Positions 1 through 8,414 of a stretch of 64,000 nucleotides of DNA are shown piece after piece; positions within the stretch are counted from its first letter, which is position 1; each line of letters opens with the position of its first letter. Below the pieces are notes generated by a model. The model was not told the DNA's origin. It was given only the letters and a program-made list of their open reading frames with translations, and did no database searches. The DNA comes from Pristiophorus japonicus (Eukaryota): the NCBI RefSeq assembly GCF_044704955.1, contig NC_091995.1, forward strand, positions 53,010,001 to 53,074,000, written 5' to 3'. Both the position numbers and the translations under genes were made by a program.

Positions 1-1
1 A

Positions 2-1984
2 AACTTTTCCGGGGCGAAGGTGCGGATCCACTTGGTCCCAGAGGCACGACCCATTCACCACAAGGTGCGAGCAGTACCTCACTTGATGAGGGAGAGAGTG
101 GAAATCGAGCTGGACAGGTTGCAATGCGAGGGCATCATCTCCCCAGTGGAATTCAGCGAGTGGGCCAGCCCGATTGTTCCAGTACTCAAACGTGATGGCA
201 CGGTCAGGATTTGCGGCGATTATAAAGTAACTATTAATCGTTTCTCGCTACAGGTCCAATACCGCTGCCCAAGGCAGACGATCTATTTGCGACACTGGCA
301 GGAGGAAAGACGTTCACCAAGCTCAACCTGACTTCGGCCTACATGACGCAGGAGCTGGAGGAGTTTTTGAAGGGCCTCACCTGCATCAATACGCACAAGG
401 GACTGTTGATCTACAACAGATGCCTGTTTGGAATTCGGTCGGCTGCAGTGATCTTCCAGAGAAACATGGAGAGCCTACTCAAGTCAGTACCACACACGGT
501 GGTTTTTCAGAACGACATATTGTTCACGGGTCGGGACACCATCAAGCACCTACAAAACCTGGAGGAGGTCCTCCAGCGACTGGATCGTGTAGGGCTGCGG
601 CTGAAGAGGTCGAAATGCAGCTTCATGGCAACAGAAGCGGAGTTTTTGGGGAGAAAGATCGCGGCGAATGGCATTCGGCCCACAGACGCCAAGGCAGAGG
701 CTATCAGGAACGCCCCCAGGCCACAGAACGTCACAGAGCTGCGGTCGTTCCTGGGACTCCTCAACTATTTTGGTAACTTCCTACTGGGGTTAAGCACCCT
801 CTTAGAGCCCCTACATGTGTTATTGCGCAAAGGTGAGAACTGGGTATGGGGAAAAAAACAAGTGATTGCTTTTGAGAAAGCCAGAAACATTTTATGCTCC
901 AACAAGCTGCTTGTATCGTACACCCCGTGTAAAAGACTTGTGCTAGCATGTGATGCGTTGTCGTACGGAGTCGGGAGTGTATTCCAAAAAGCTAACGTTG
1001 CGGGGAAGTTGCAACCTGTCGCCTATGCCTCCAGGAGCTTGTCTAAGGCCGAGAGGGCCTACAGCATGATTGAGAAAGTGGCATTAGCGTGTGTGTTCAG
1101 GGTAAAGAAAATGCATCAATACCTGTTTGGCCTCAAATTTGAGCTGGAAACCGATCACAAGCCCCTCATATCCCTGTTTGCTGAAAACAAGGGGATAAAT
1201 ACTAATGCCTCAGCCCGCTTACAAAGGTGGGCACTCGCGCTATCAGCATATAACTATACCATCCACCACAGGCCAGGCACCGAGAACTGTGCGGATGCTC
1301 TCAGCCATCTACCATTGCCCACCACGGGGGTGGAAATGGTGCAGCCTGCAAACTTGTTGATGATGGCGCAGCCCGCAGACTTGTTGATGGTCATGGAAGC
1401 GTTTGATAATGATAAATCACCTGTCATGGCCCGCCAGATTAGGACTTGGACCAGCCAAGATCCTCTGCTGTCCCTAGTAAAAAACTGTGTACTGCATGAT
1501 CAGGTAGAGAGCAGGCGGCAGCAACAAAATGTAAACGATGGTCACGCCACTGTGTCATGGGAAATTGATCTGAATGACCCTGTGTATGTGCTAAACTATG
1601 GACATGGTCCCAAGTGGATCGCTGGCACGGTGATAGCTAAAGAAGGGAACAGGGTGTTTGTAATCAAACTAGACAATGGACAAATTTGCAGAAAGCACCT
1701 GGACCAAACGAGGCTGCGGTTCACAGACCGCCCTGAACAACCCACAGCAGACACCACCTTTTACGAGCCCACAACACACACCCAAAGGATCAACGACACC
1801 ACGCCAGACCAGGAAATCGAACCCATCACGCCCAACAGCCCAGCAAGGCCAGGCTCACCCAGCAGCCCTACAGGGACAACAACACGCCAGCCCAGCGAGG
1901 GCACAGCCCAACACACCAGAACAGACATTTGTACCGAGGCAGTCCACCAGGGCAAGAAAGGCTCCCGACCGCCTCACCTTGTAA
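2..1984 (+). pseudogene. pol: Gypsy pol pseudogene (RT, RNase H, integrase C-terminal remnant)
   Basis: A 1-nt deletion at ~263 splits QY(P)LPKADDLFATLAGGKTFTKL. A 1-nt insertion in the C-run at 1907-1909 shifts the natural end (...PRQSTRARKAPDRLTL*, TAA 1982-1984, just before the PPT) out of frame. RT catalytic positions read Asn (AAC 325-327, KLNL; AAC 511-513, FQND). No HHCC or DDE integrase motifs are present. Confidence 0.93.
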
Positions 1985-2004
1985 ATAGTTTTCACTTTGA
2001 CTTT

Positions 2005-2017
2005 GGGGGAGGAGTGA
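2005..2017 (+). other. Polypurine tract (plus-strand primer) of the Gypsy element
   Basis: GGGGGAGGAGTGA lies 20 nt after the pol stop and immediately before the TG that starts the LTR. Confidence 0.88.
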
Positions 2018-2228
2018 TGTTGTGTATCTGTAAAGCATGTACTCCCATGTTCCACCACCAGGGAGCGCATCCCCTGAAGTCCCAAGGGATCCCAGCATCC
2101 CTTGGGAGCACTGTATATAAGCCGGCCCCTAAGGCCTGTTCCTCACTCTGGAGTGTCTTAATAAAGACTGAGGTCACTGTTACTTTAACCTCCCTGTGTG
2201 CAGTCTCATCTGTGTTAGGAACACAATA
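2018..2228 (+). repeat. 3' LTR (~211 bp)
   Basis: Begins TGTTGTGT and ends ACACAATA (7/8 terminal inverted match). Contains TATATAA (2114-2120) and AATAAA (2160-2165) in the expected order, and follows the PPT. Confidence 0.88.
2114..2165 (+). promoter_or_regulatory. LTR TATA box (2114-2120) and polyadenylation signal (2160-2165)
   Basis: TATATAA followed 40 nt later by AATAAA inside the LTR, the usual U3/R arrangement. Confidence 0.75.
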
Positions 2229-2397
2229 GACCCAATCATGGTGGCCCAGCCCGGCACTCCATCTTGGGTGCTGGGCTGCTGGCCCAGTCTCATGCTGCCC
2301 TGGTGGCCAGTGGCCCTCCACTTTAATGCAAATGATAAAAGTCCTGGCCCCGGAAGATTACCACCCCCAATTGGGGCAAGGACCAATTTCGCCTCCA
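2229..2397 (-). mobile_element. Fragment of a GC-rich non-autonomous (MITE-like) repeat, copy A, interrupted by the Gypsy LTR
   Basis: The reverse complement of 2338-2397 matches 3306-3365 at 50/60 nt without gaps. 2247-2281 also matches 3565-3600 in the same inverted orientation. The fragment abuts the LTR end. Confidence 0.65.
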
Positions 2398-2428
2398 TGA
2401 AGAGAGAAAAATAAAAAGTGAGTCACAA

Positions 2429-2845
2429 GGGGGTTGAAATTGCCCTGTTTTGCAACGGCGGTTAGCACTTCCAGTGGGTGCCACTCGGGCGCAAAACATT
2501 TTCGCCGGGGGCTGCGCTACTGGCTCACGTAAAATTGCGCGGGAGTTAGCGGAGTCACTGCCAAGGTAGTGCCCGAGGCCACCCCTCTACTCGTGCCGCC
2601 CCCTTTCCGCCCCTGGATGGACATTGGCCAGCGTTACGCCAGGCTACAGCAAGCAGAATCAGCGGCAGCCTCACGGGTTGCGAACCAGGCCGACATCTGC
2701 TCGCGGGGCGTGTACACAACTCCCACCTCAGACTGACAGCCTGTGCTGGCTTCAGTGGTACAAAATATCAGGCAGTGTGTGTAACAGGCGGCTGATCAAA
2801 TATCACCCGTTTCAAACTCTCGCTAAAAGTTCTGAATCACCCCCC
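2429..2845. mobile_element. Probable MITE-like non-autonomous repeat (~420 bp)
   Basis: A CpG-rich block that starts GGGGGTTGAAATTGCCC (same terminal type as GGGGGCAAAATTGCCC at 3307) and ends GAATCACCCCCC, a weak inverted terminus. It is flanked by CpG-poor sequence. Confidence 0.4.
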
Positions 2846-2881
2846 AGAGAGTGAGAGTGGAGGGTTGAGTTCTTTACTTAC

Positions 2882-2933
2882 CGGGAGAGACCCAGGAAAA
2901 GCACAGGGATGTGGAGAGAAGGATCAGCAACAT
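2882..2933 (-). CDS. Candidate first coding exon (signal peptide/leader) of a secreted or membrane protein: MLLILLSTSLCFSWVSP + 1 nt, phase-1 donor
   Basis: The - strand reads CCCAGA ATG TTG CTG ATC CTT CTC TCC ACA TCC CTG TGC TTT TCC TGG GTC TCT CCC G|GTAAGT. It has A at -3, an uncharged hydrophobic peptide, a consensus donor (2876-2881) and TATAAA ~72 nt upstream. Downstream exons are not visible in the window. Confidence 0.7.
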
Positions 2934-2979
2934 TCTGGGAATCCACTGCCCCTATTCCAATCGGTGACTGGGAATAAAA

Positions 2980-3224
2980 CTCTCCGAGTGGGACACATCG
3001 GCTGTTTATAGACTGAAAAATACACAACAGGTCTATTGGGGCCCCACTTTACTGTTTATCTTGCACTTTGATCATGTCCTTGATCTGAAAATGCAGAGCC
3101 AGAGGGTGAATGATTGGTTACTCTGGGAACAATCTCCAATGAAAGCACTTGGCAGTCCCCTGTCACCAGTTACCAGGAAGCTCAAACTGAGGCCGGTTGA
3201 GAGTCAGTCTGTGAAACAGAAACT
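2980..3224 (-). promoter_or_regulatory. Candidate Pol II promoter of the leader-exon gene
   Basis: On the - strand: TATAAA 3005-3010, CCAAT 3035-3039, AGATAA 3056-3061, ATCAAAG (TCF/LEF) 3066-3072, AACCAATCA 3111-3119. On the + strand: CAGGAAG (ETS core) 3174-3180 and the ISRE 3211-3224. The inferred TSS is ~2980-2990. Confidence 0.55.
3211..3224. promoter_or_regulatory. Interferon-stimulated response element (ISRE/IRF site)
   Basis: GTGAAACAGAAACT matches the ISRE consensus RNGAAANNGAAACT exactly, about 200 nt upstream of the TATA box. Confidence 0.55.
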
Positions 3225-3305
3225 AAGGTTGAGACTGAACAAGCCTCATACACCAGCTCCAGTGTAAAGGGCAGATATACTGGGATCCTGGGCTGCCCCT
3301 CACAG

Positions 3306-3885
3306 TGGGGGCAAAATTGCCCCGCGCCCCAATTGGGAGTGGTAACCATCTGGGGCCAGGACTTTCTGACCCCGGTGCAGAAGTCCCGCTGAATGTGGCT
3401 TGCCGCCCCTTAACGGAAGCAGAGCGCAATCTTGTGCGGATGCTCCACATGGCGCTGACACGCTTCAGTGTCCCTCTCTTTCGATAAAAGGGGTGGGTCG
3501 CTGCACACTCTGCAAGGCCTCTGACGGCCTCCACTCGGTCATCAGGCCATCGTTGGACCAGACTTGCAGCCCGGCACCCAAAACGGAGTGCCAGGCTGCA
3601 CGAGGGTGACCCAGACCACGCGAGGGCCGCCCTCATAGAGCCAATGCGAGAGTCAGCAATCAAAAAAAGATGGCGGATCGGGCACTGGTGCTCTCCCCTT
3701 TAACAAACTACCGACGAATCTCGCAGTGACATCCGCTCGCGCCAGCCTCGTGGCCCGTGGGGTAATTTCCTCTGATAGGTCGGAGCGGTGTGGGGACGCC
3801 GCAAACGTTGATGATGTCATCACCGATTGCGCACTAGCCATAGCAGCGCCCTCCGGAAACTCCATGCAAAATGTCCCGAGTGGCG
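3306..3885 (+). mobile_element. GC-rich non-autonomous (MITE-like) repeat, copy B, ending at the satellite boundary
   Basis: Starts (T)GGGGGCAAAATTGCCCC. It is homologous to copy A over 3306-3365 and, with gaps, ~3480-3600. It is CpG-rich with internal palindromes, and no matching right terminus is seen before the array. The extent beyond ~3610 is inferred from composition only. Confidence 0.5.
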
Positions 3886-6800
3886 GGAGTGAGGGGAGGG
3901 GTCAAACTAACGGAGTGAGGGGAGGGGTCAAACTAATGGAGTGAGGGTAAGGGTCAAACTAATGGAGTGAGGGAAGCGGTCACACTAACAGTGAGGGGAG
4001 GGGTCAAACTAACGGAGTGATGGGAGGGGTCAAACTAACGGGGAGTGATGGGAGGGGTCAAACTAACCAAGTGAGGGGGGAGGTCAAACTAACTCGGAAT
4101 GAGGGGAGGGGTCAAACTAACGGAGTGATGGGAGGGGTCAAACTAACGGAGTGAGGGTAAGGGTCAAACTAATGGAGTCATGGAAGCGGTCACACTAACA
4201 GTGAGGGGAGGGGTCAAACTAACGGAGTGATGGGAGGGGTCAAACTAATGGGGAGTGATGGGAGGGGTCAAACTAACCAAGTGAGGGGGGAGGTCAAACT
4301 AACGGAATGAGGGGAGGGGTCAAACTAACGGAGTGATGGGAGGGGTCAAACTAACAGGGAGTGATGGGAGGGGTCAAACTAACGGAGTGAGGGAAGGGGT
4401 CAAACTAACGGGGAGTGATGGGAGGGGTCAAACTAACCAAGTGAGGGGAGATGTCAAACTAACGGAGGGAGGAGAGGGGTCAAACTGAAGGAGTGAGGGG
4501 AGGGGTCAAACTAATGGAGTGAGGGGAGGGTTCAAAATAACGGAGTGAGGGCAGCGGTCAAAATAAAGGAGTGAGGGGAGGGGTCAAACTAACGGAGTGA
4601 GGGGAGGGGTCAAAATAATGGAGTGAGGGGAGGGGTCAAACTAACGGAGTGAGGGGAGGGTCAAACTAATGGAGTGAGGGGAGGGGTCAAACTAAAGGAG
4701 TGATGGGAGGGGTCAAACTAACGGGGAGTGATGGGAGGGGTCAAACTAACCAAGTGAGGGGGGAGGTCAAACTAACGGATTGAGGGGAGGGGTCAAACTA
4801 ACGGAGTGATGGGAGGGGTCAAACTAACAGAGTGAGGGTAAGGGTCAAACTAATGGAGTCAGGGAAGCGGTCACACTAACAGTGAGGGGAGGGGTCAAAC
4901 TAACGGAGTGATGGGAGGGGTCAAACTAACAGGGAGTGATGGGAGCGGTCAAACTAACGGAGTGAGGGAAGGGGTCAAACTAACGGGGAGTGATGGGAGG
5001 GGTCAAACTAACCAAGTGAGAGGGGATGTCAAACTAACGGAGGGAGGAGAGGGGTCAAACTAATGGAGTGAGGGGAGGGTTCAAAATAACGGAGTGAGGG
5101 CAGCGGTCAAAATAAAGGAGTGAGGGGAGGGGTCAAACTAACGGAGTGAGGGGAGGGGTCAAAATAATGGAGTGAGGGGAGGTGTCAAACTGAAGGAGTG
5201 AGGGGAGGGGTCAAACTAACGGAGTGAGGTGAGAGGTCAAACTAACGGGGAGTGAGGGGAGGAGACAAACTAACGGAGTGAGGGGAGGGGTCAAACTAAC
5301 GGAGTGAGGGGAAGGGTCAAACTAATGGAGTGAGGGGAGGTGTCAAACTAACGGAGTGAGTGGAGGGGTCAAACTAACAGGGAGCGAGGGGAGGGGTCAA
5401 ACTAACGGAGTGAGAGGAGGGGTCAAACTAACGGAGAGAGGGTAGTGGTCAAACTAATGGAGTGAGGGGAGGGGTCAAACTATTGGAGTGAGGATGGGAG
5501 GGTTCAAACTAACCGAGTGAGGGGAGAGGTCAAACTAACGGAGGGAGGGGGGGGGTCAAACTGAAGGAGTGAGGGGAGGGGTCAAACTAATGGAGTGAGG
5601 GGAGGGGTCAAACTAACGGAGTGAGGGGAGAGGTCAAACTAACGGAGTGAGGGGAGGGGTCAAACTAATGTAGTGAGGGGAAGGGTCAAACTAACGGAGG
5701 GAGTGGAGGGGTCAAACTGAAGGAGTGAGGGGAGGGGTCAAACTAATGGAGTGAGGGGAGGTTTCAAAATAACGGAGTGAGGGCAGCGGTCAAAATAAAG
5801 GAGTGAGGGGAGGGGTCAAACTAACGGAATGAGGGGAGGGGTCAAAATAACGGAGTGAGGGGAGGGGTCAAACTAACTGAGTGAGGGGAGGGTCAAACTA
5901 ATGGAGTGAGGGGAGGGATCAAACTAACGGAGTGAGGGGAGGAATCAAACTAACGGAGTGAGGGGAGAGGTCAAAATAACGGAGTGAGGGGAGGGGTCAA
6001 ACTAACAGAGTGAGGGGAGGGGTCAAACTGAAGGAGTGAGTGGAGGGGTCAAACTAATGGAGTGAGGGGAGGTTTCAAAATAACGGAGTGAGGGCAGCGG
6101 TCAAAATAAAGGAGTGAGAGGAGGGGTCAAACTAACGGAGTGAGGGGAGGAATCAAACTAACGGAGAGAGGGGAGAGGTCAAAATAACGGAGTGAGGGGA
6201 GGTGTCAAACTAACGGAGTGAGGGGAGGGGTCAAACTGAAGGAGTGAGGGGAGGGGTCAAACTAATGGAGTGAGGGGAGGTTTCAAAATAACGGAGTGAG
6301 GGCAGCGGTCAAAATAAAGGAGTGAGGGGAGGGGTCAAACTAACGGAATGAGGGGAGGGGTCAAAATAACGGAGTGAGGGGAGGAATCAAACTAACGGAG
6401 TGAGGGCAGGAGTCAAAATAACGGAGTGAGGGGAGGTGTCAAACTAACGGAGTGAGGGGAGTGGTCAAACTAGCGGAGTGAGGGGAGGGTCAAACTAATG
6501 GAGTGAGGGGAGGGGTCAAAATAACAGAGTGAAAGGAGGGGTCAAACTAACGGAGTGAGGGGAGGGGTCAAACTAACGGGGAGTGAGGGGAGGGGTCAAG
6601 CTAATGGTGTGAGGGGAGGGGTCAAACTAACGGAGTGAGGGGAGGGGTCAAACTAATGGAGTGAGGGAAGGGGTCTAACTAATAGAGCGAGGGGAGGGTT
6701 CAAAATAACGGAGTGAGGGGAGAGGTCAAACTAACGGGGAATGAGGGGAGGAGACAAACTAACGGAGTGAGGGGAGGGGTCAAACTAACGGAGTGAGGGG

Positions 6801-8414
6801 AAGGGTCAAACTAATGGAGTGAGGGGAGGTGTCAAACTAACGGAGTGAGGGGAGGGGTCAAACTAACGGAGTGAGGGGAGGGGTCAAACTAACAGGGAGC
6901 GAGGGGAGGGGTCAAACTAACGGAGTGAGAGGAGGGGTCAAACTAACGGAGTGAGGGTAGGGGTCAAACTAACGGAGTGATGGGAGGAGTCAAACTAACG
7001 GGGAGTGATGGGAGGGGTCAAACTAACGGAGTGAGGGAAGGGGTCAAACTAACGGGGAGTGATGGGAGGGGTCAAACTAACCAAGTGAGGGCGGAGGTCA
7101 AACTAACGGAGGGAGGGGAGCGGTCAAACTGAAGGAGTGAGGGGAGGGGTCAAACTAATGGAGTGAGGGGAGGTTTCAAAATAACGGAGTGAGGGCAGCG
7201 GTCAAAATAAAGGAGTGAGGGGAGGGGTCAAACTAACGGAATGAGGGGAGGGGTCAAAATAACGGAGTGAGGGGAGAGGTCAAACTACTGGAGTGAGGGG
7301 AGGGTCAAACTAATGGAGTGGGGGAGGGATCAAACTAATGGAGTGAGGGGAGGAATCCAACTTGCGGAGTGAGGGGAGAGGTCAAACTAACGGAGTGAAG
7401 GGAGGGGTCAAACGAACGGAGTGAGAGGAAGGGTCAAACTAACGGGGAGTGAGGCAAGGGGTCAATCTAACGGAGTGAGGGAAGAGGTCAAACTAACGGA
7501 GTGAGGGGAGGGGTCAAACTAACGGGGAGTGAGGGGAGGGGTCAAGCTAATGGTGTGATGGGAGGGGTCAAACTAACGGGGAGTGATGGGAGGGGTCAAA
7601 CTAACGGAGTGAGGGAAGGGGTCAAACTAACGGGGAGTGATGGGAGGGGTCAAACTAACCAAGTGAGGGCGGAGGTCAAACTAACGGAGGGAGGGGAGCG
7701 GTCAAACTGAAGGAGTGAGGGGAAGGGTCAAACTAATGAAGTGAGGGGAGGTTTCAAAATAACGGAGTGAGGGCAGCGGTCAAAATAAAGGAGTGAGGGG
7801 AGGGGTCAAACTAACGGAATGAGGGGAGGGGTCAAAATAACGGAGTGAGGGGAGAGGTCAAACTAACGGAGTGAGGGGAGGGTCAAACTAATGGAGTGAG
7901 GGGAGGGATCAAACTAATGGAGTGAGGGGAGGAATCCAACTAGCGGAGTGAGAGGAGAGGTCAAACGAACGGAGTGAGAGGAAGGGTCAAACTAACGGGG
8001 AGTGAGGCGAGGGGTCAATCTAACAGAGTGAGGGGAGAGGTCAAACTAACGGGGAGTGAGGGGAGGGGTCAAACTAACGGAGTGAGGGGAGAGGTCAAAC
8101 TAACGGAGTGAGGGAAGAGGTCAAACTAACGGAGTGAGGGGAGGGGTCAAACTAACAGGGAGTGAGGGGAGGGGTCAAGCTAATGGTGTGATGGGAGGGG
8201 TCAAACTAACGGAGTAGGGGAGGGGTCAAAATAACGGAGTGAGGGGAGGGGTCAAACTAACGGAGTGAGGGGAGAGGTCAAAGTAACGGGGAGTGAGGGG
8301 AGCAGACAAACTAACGGAGTGAAGGAGGGGTCAAACTAACGGAGTGAGGGGAAGGGTCAAACTAATGGAGTGAGGGGAGGTGTCAAACTAACGGAGTGAG
8401 GGGAGAGGTCAAAC

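Larger units (their letters stand above)
1..2228 (+). mobile_element. Ty3/Gypsy LTR retrotransposon (K02A2.6-like pol), 3' part; 5' end lies outside the window; defective copy
   Basis: Domain order is RT, RNase H, integrase C-terminal remnant, then PPT and LTR. RT motifs: SEWASPIVPVLKRDGTVRICGDYK, INTHKGLLIYNRCLFG, KCSF...EFLGRKI, ELRSFLGLLNYF. RNase H motifs: LACDA, AYASRSLSKAERAYS, ETDHKPL, NCADALS. Confidence 0.97.

Noticed and set aside
2005-2017. PPT GGGGGAGGAGTGA resembles the satellite unit (GGAGTGA, GGGGAGGAGT), suggesting the satellite derives from the LTR element
   Set aside because: The match is short, low-complexity and purine-rich, and the TCAAACTAAC half has no counterpart near the PPT.
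343-2229. 628-aa ORF as an intact or domesticated protein
   Set aside because: Its start is an internal Met after a frameshift, and its last ~105 codons are out-of-frame read-through of the pol tail, PPT and LTR. Catalytic residues and the integrase core are missing.
2326-2333. Perfect octamer ATGCAAAT as an Ig-type promoter or enhancer
   Set aside because: It lies inside a repeat fragment, ~550 bp into the putative intron rather than upstream of the TATA box, so it is not usable as evidence for an Ig V gene.
2338-3365. A single DNA transposon with 60-bp TIRs that captured the exon
   Set aside because: Homology between the arms continues outward, the GGGG..AAATT termini face inward, and no TSD is evident. 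Two separate insertions fit better.
420-3944. Short overlapping or antisense ORFs (e.g. 420-776, 1992-2321, 2624-2854, 3061-3267, 3223-3663)
   Set aside because: No recognisable domains. They are alternative frames of pol, the LTR or GC-rich repeats. The similar pair 2180-2398(-)/3305-3487(+) only reflects the inverted repeat copies.
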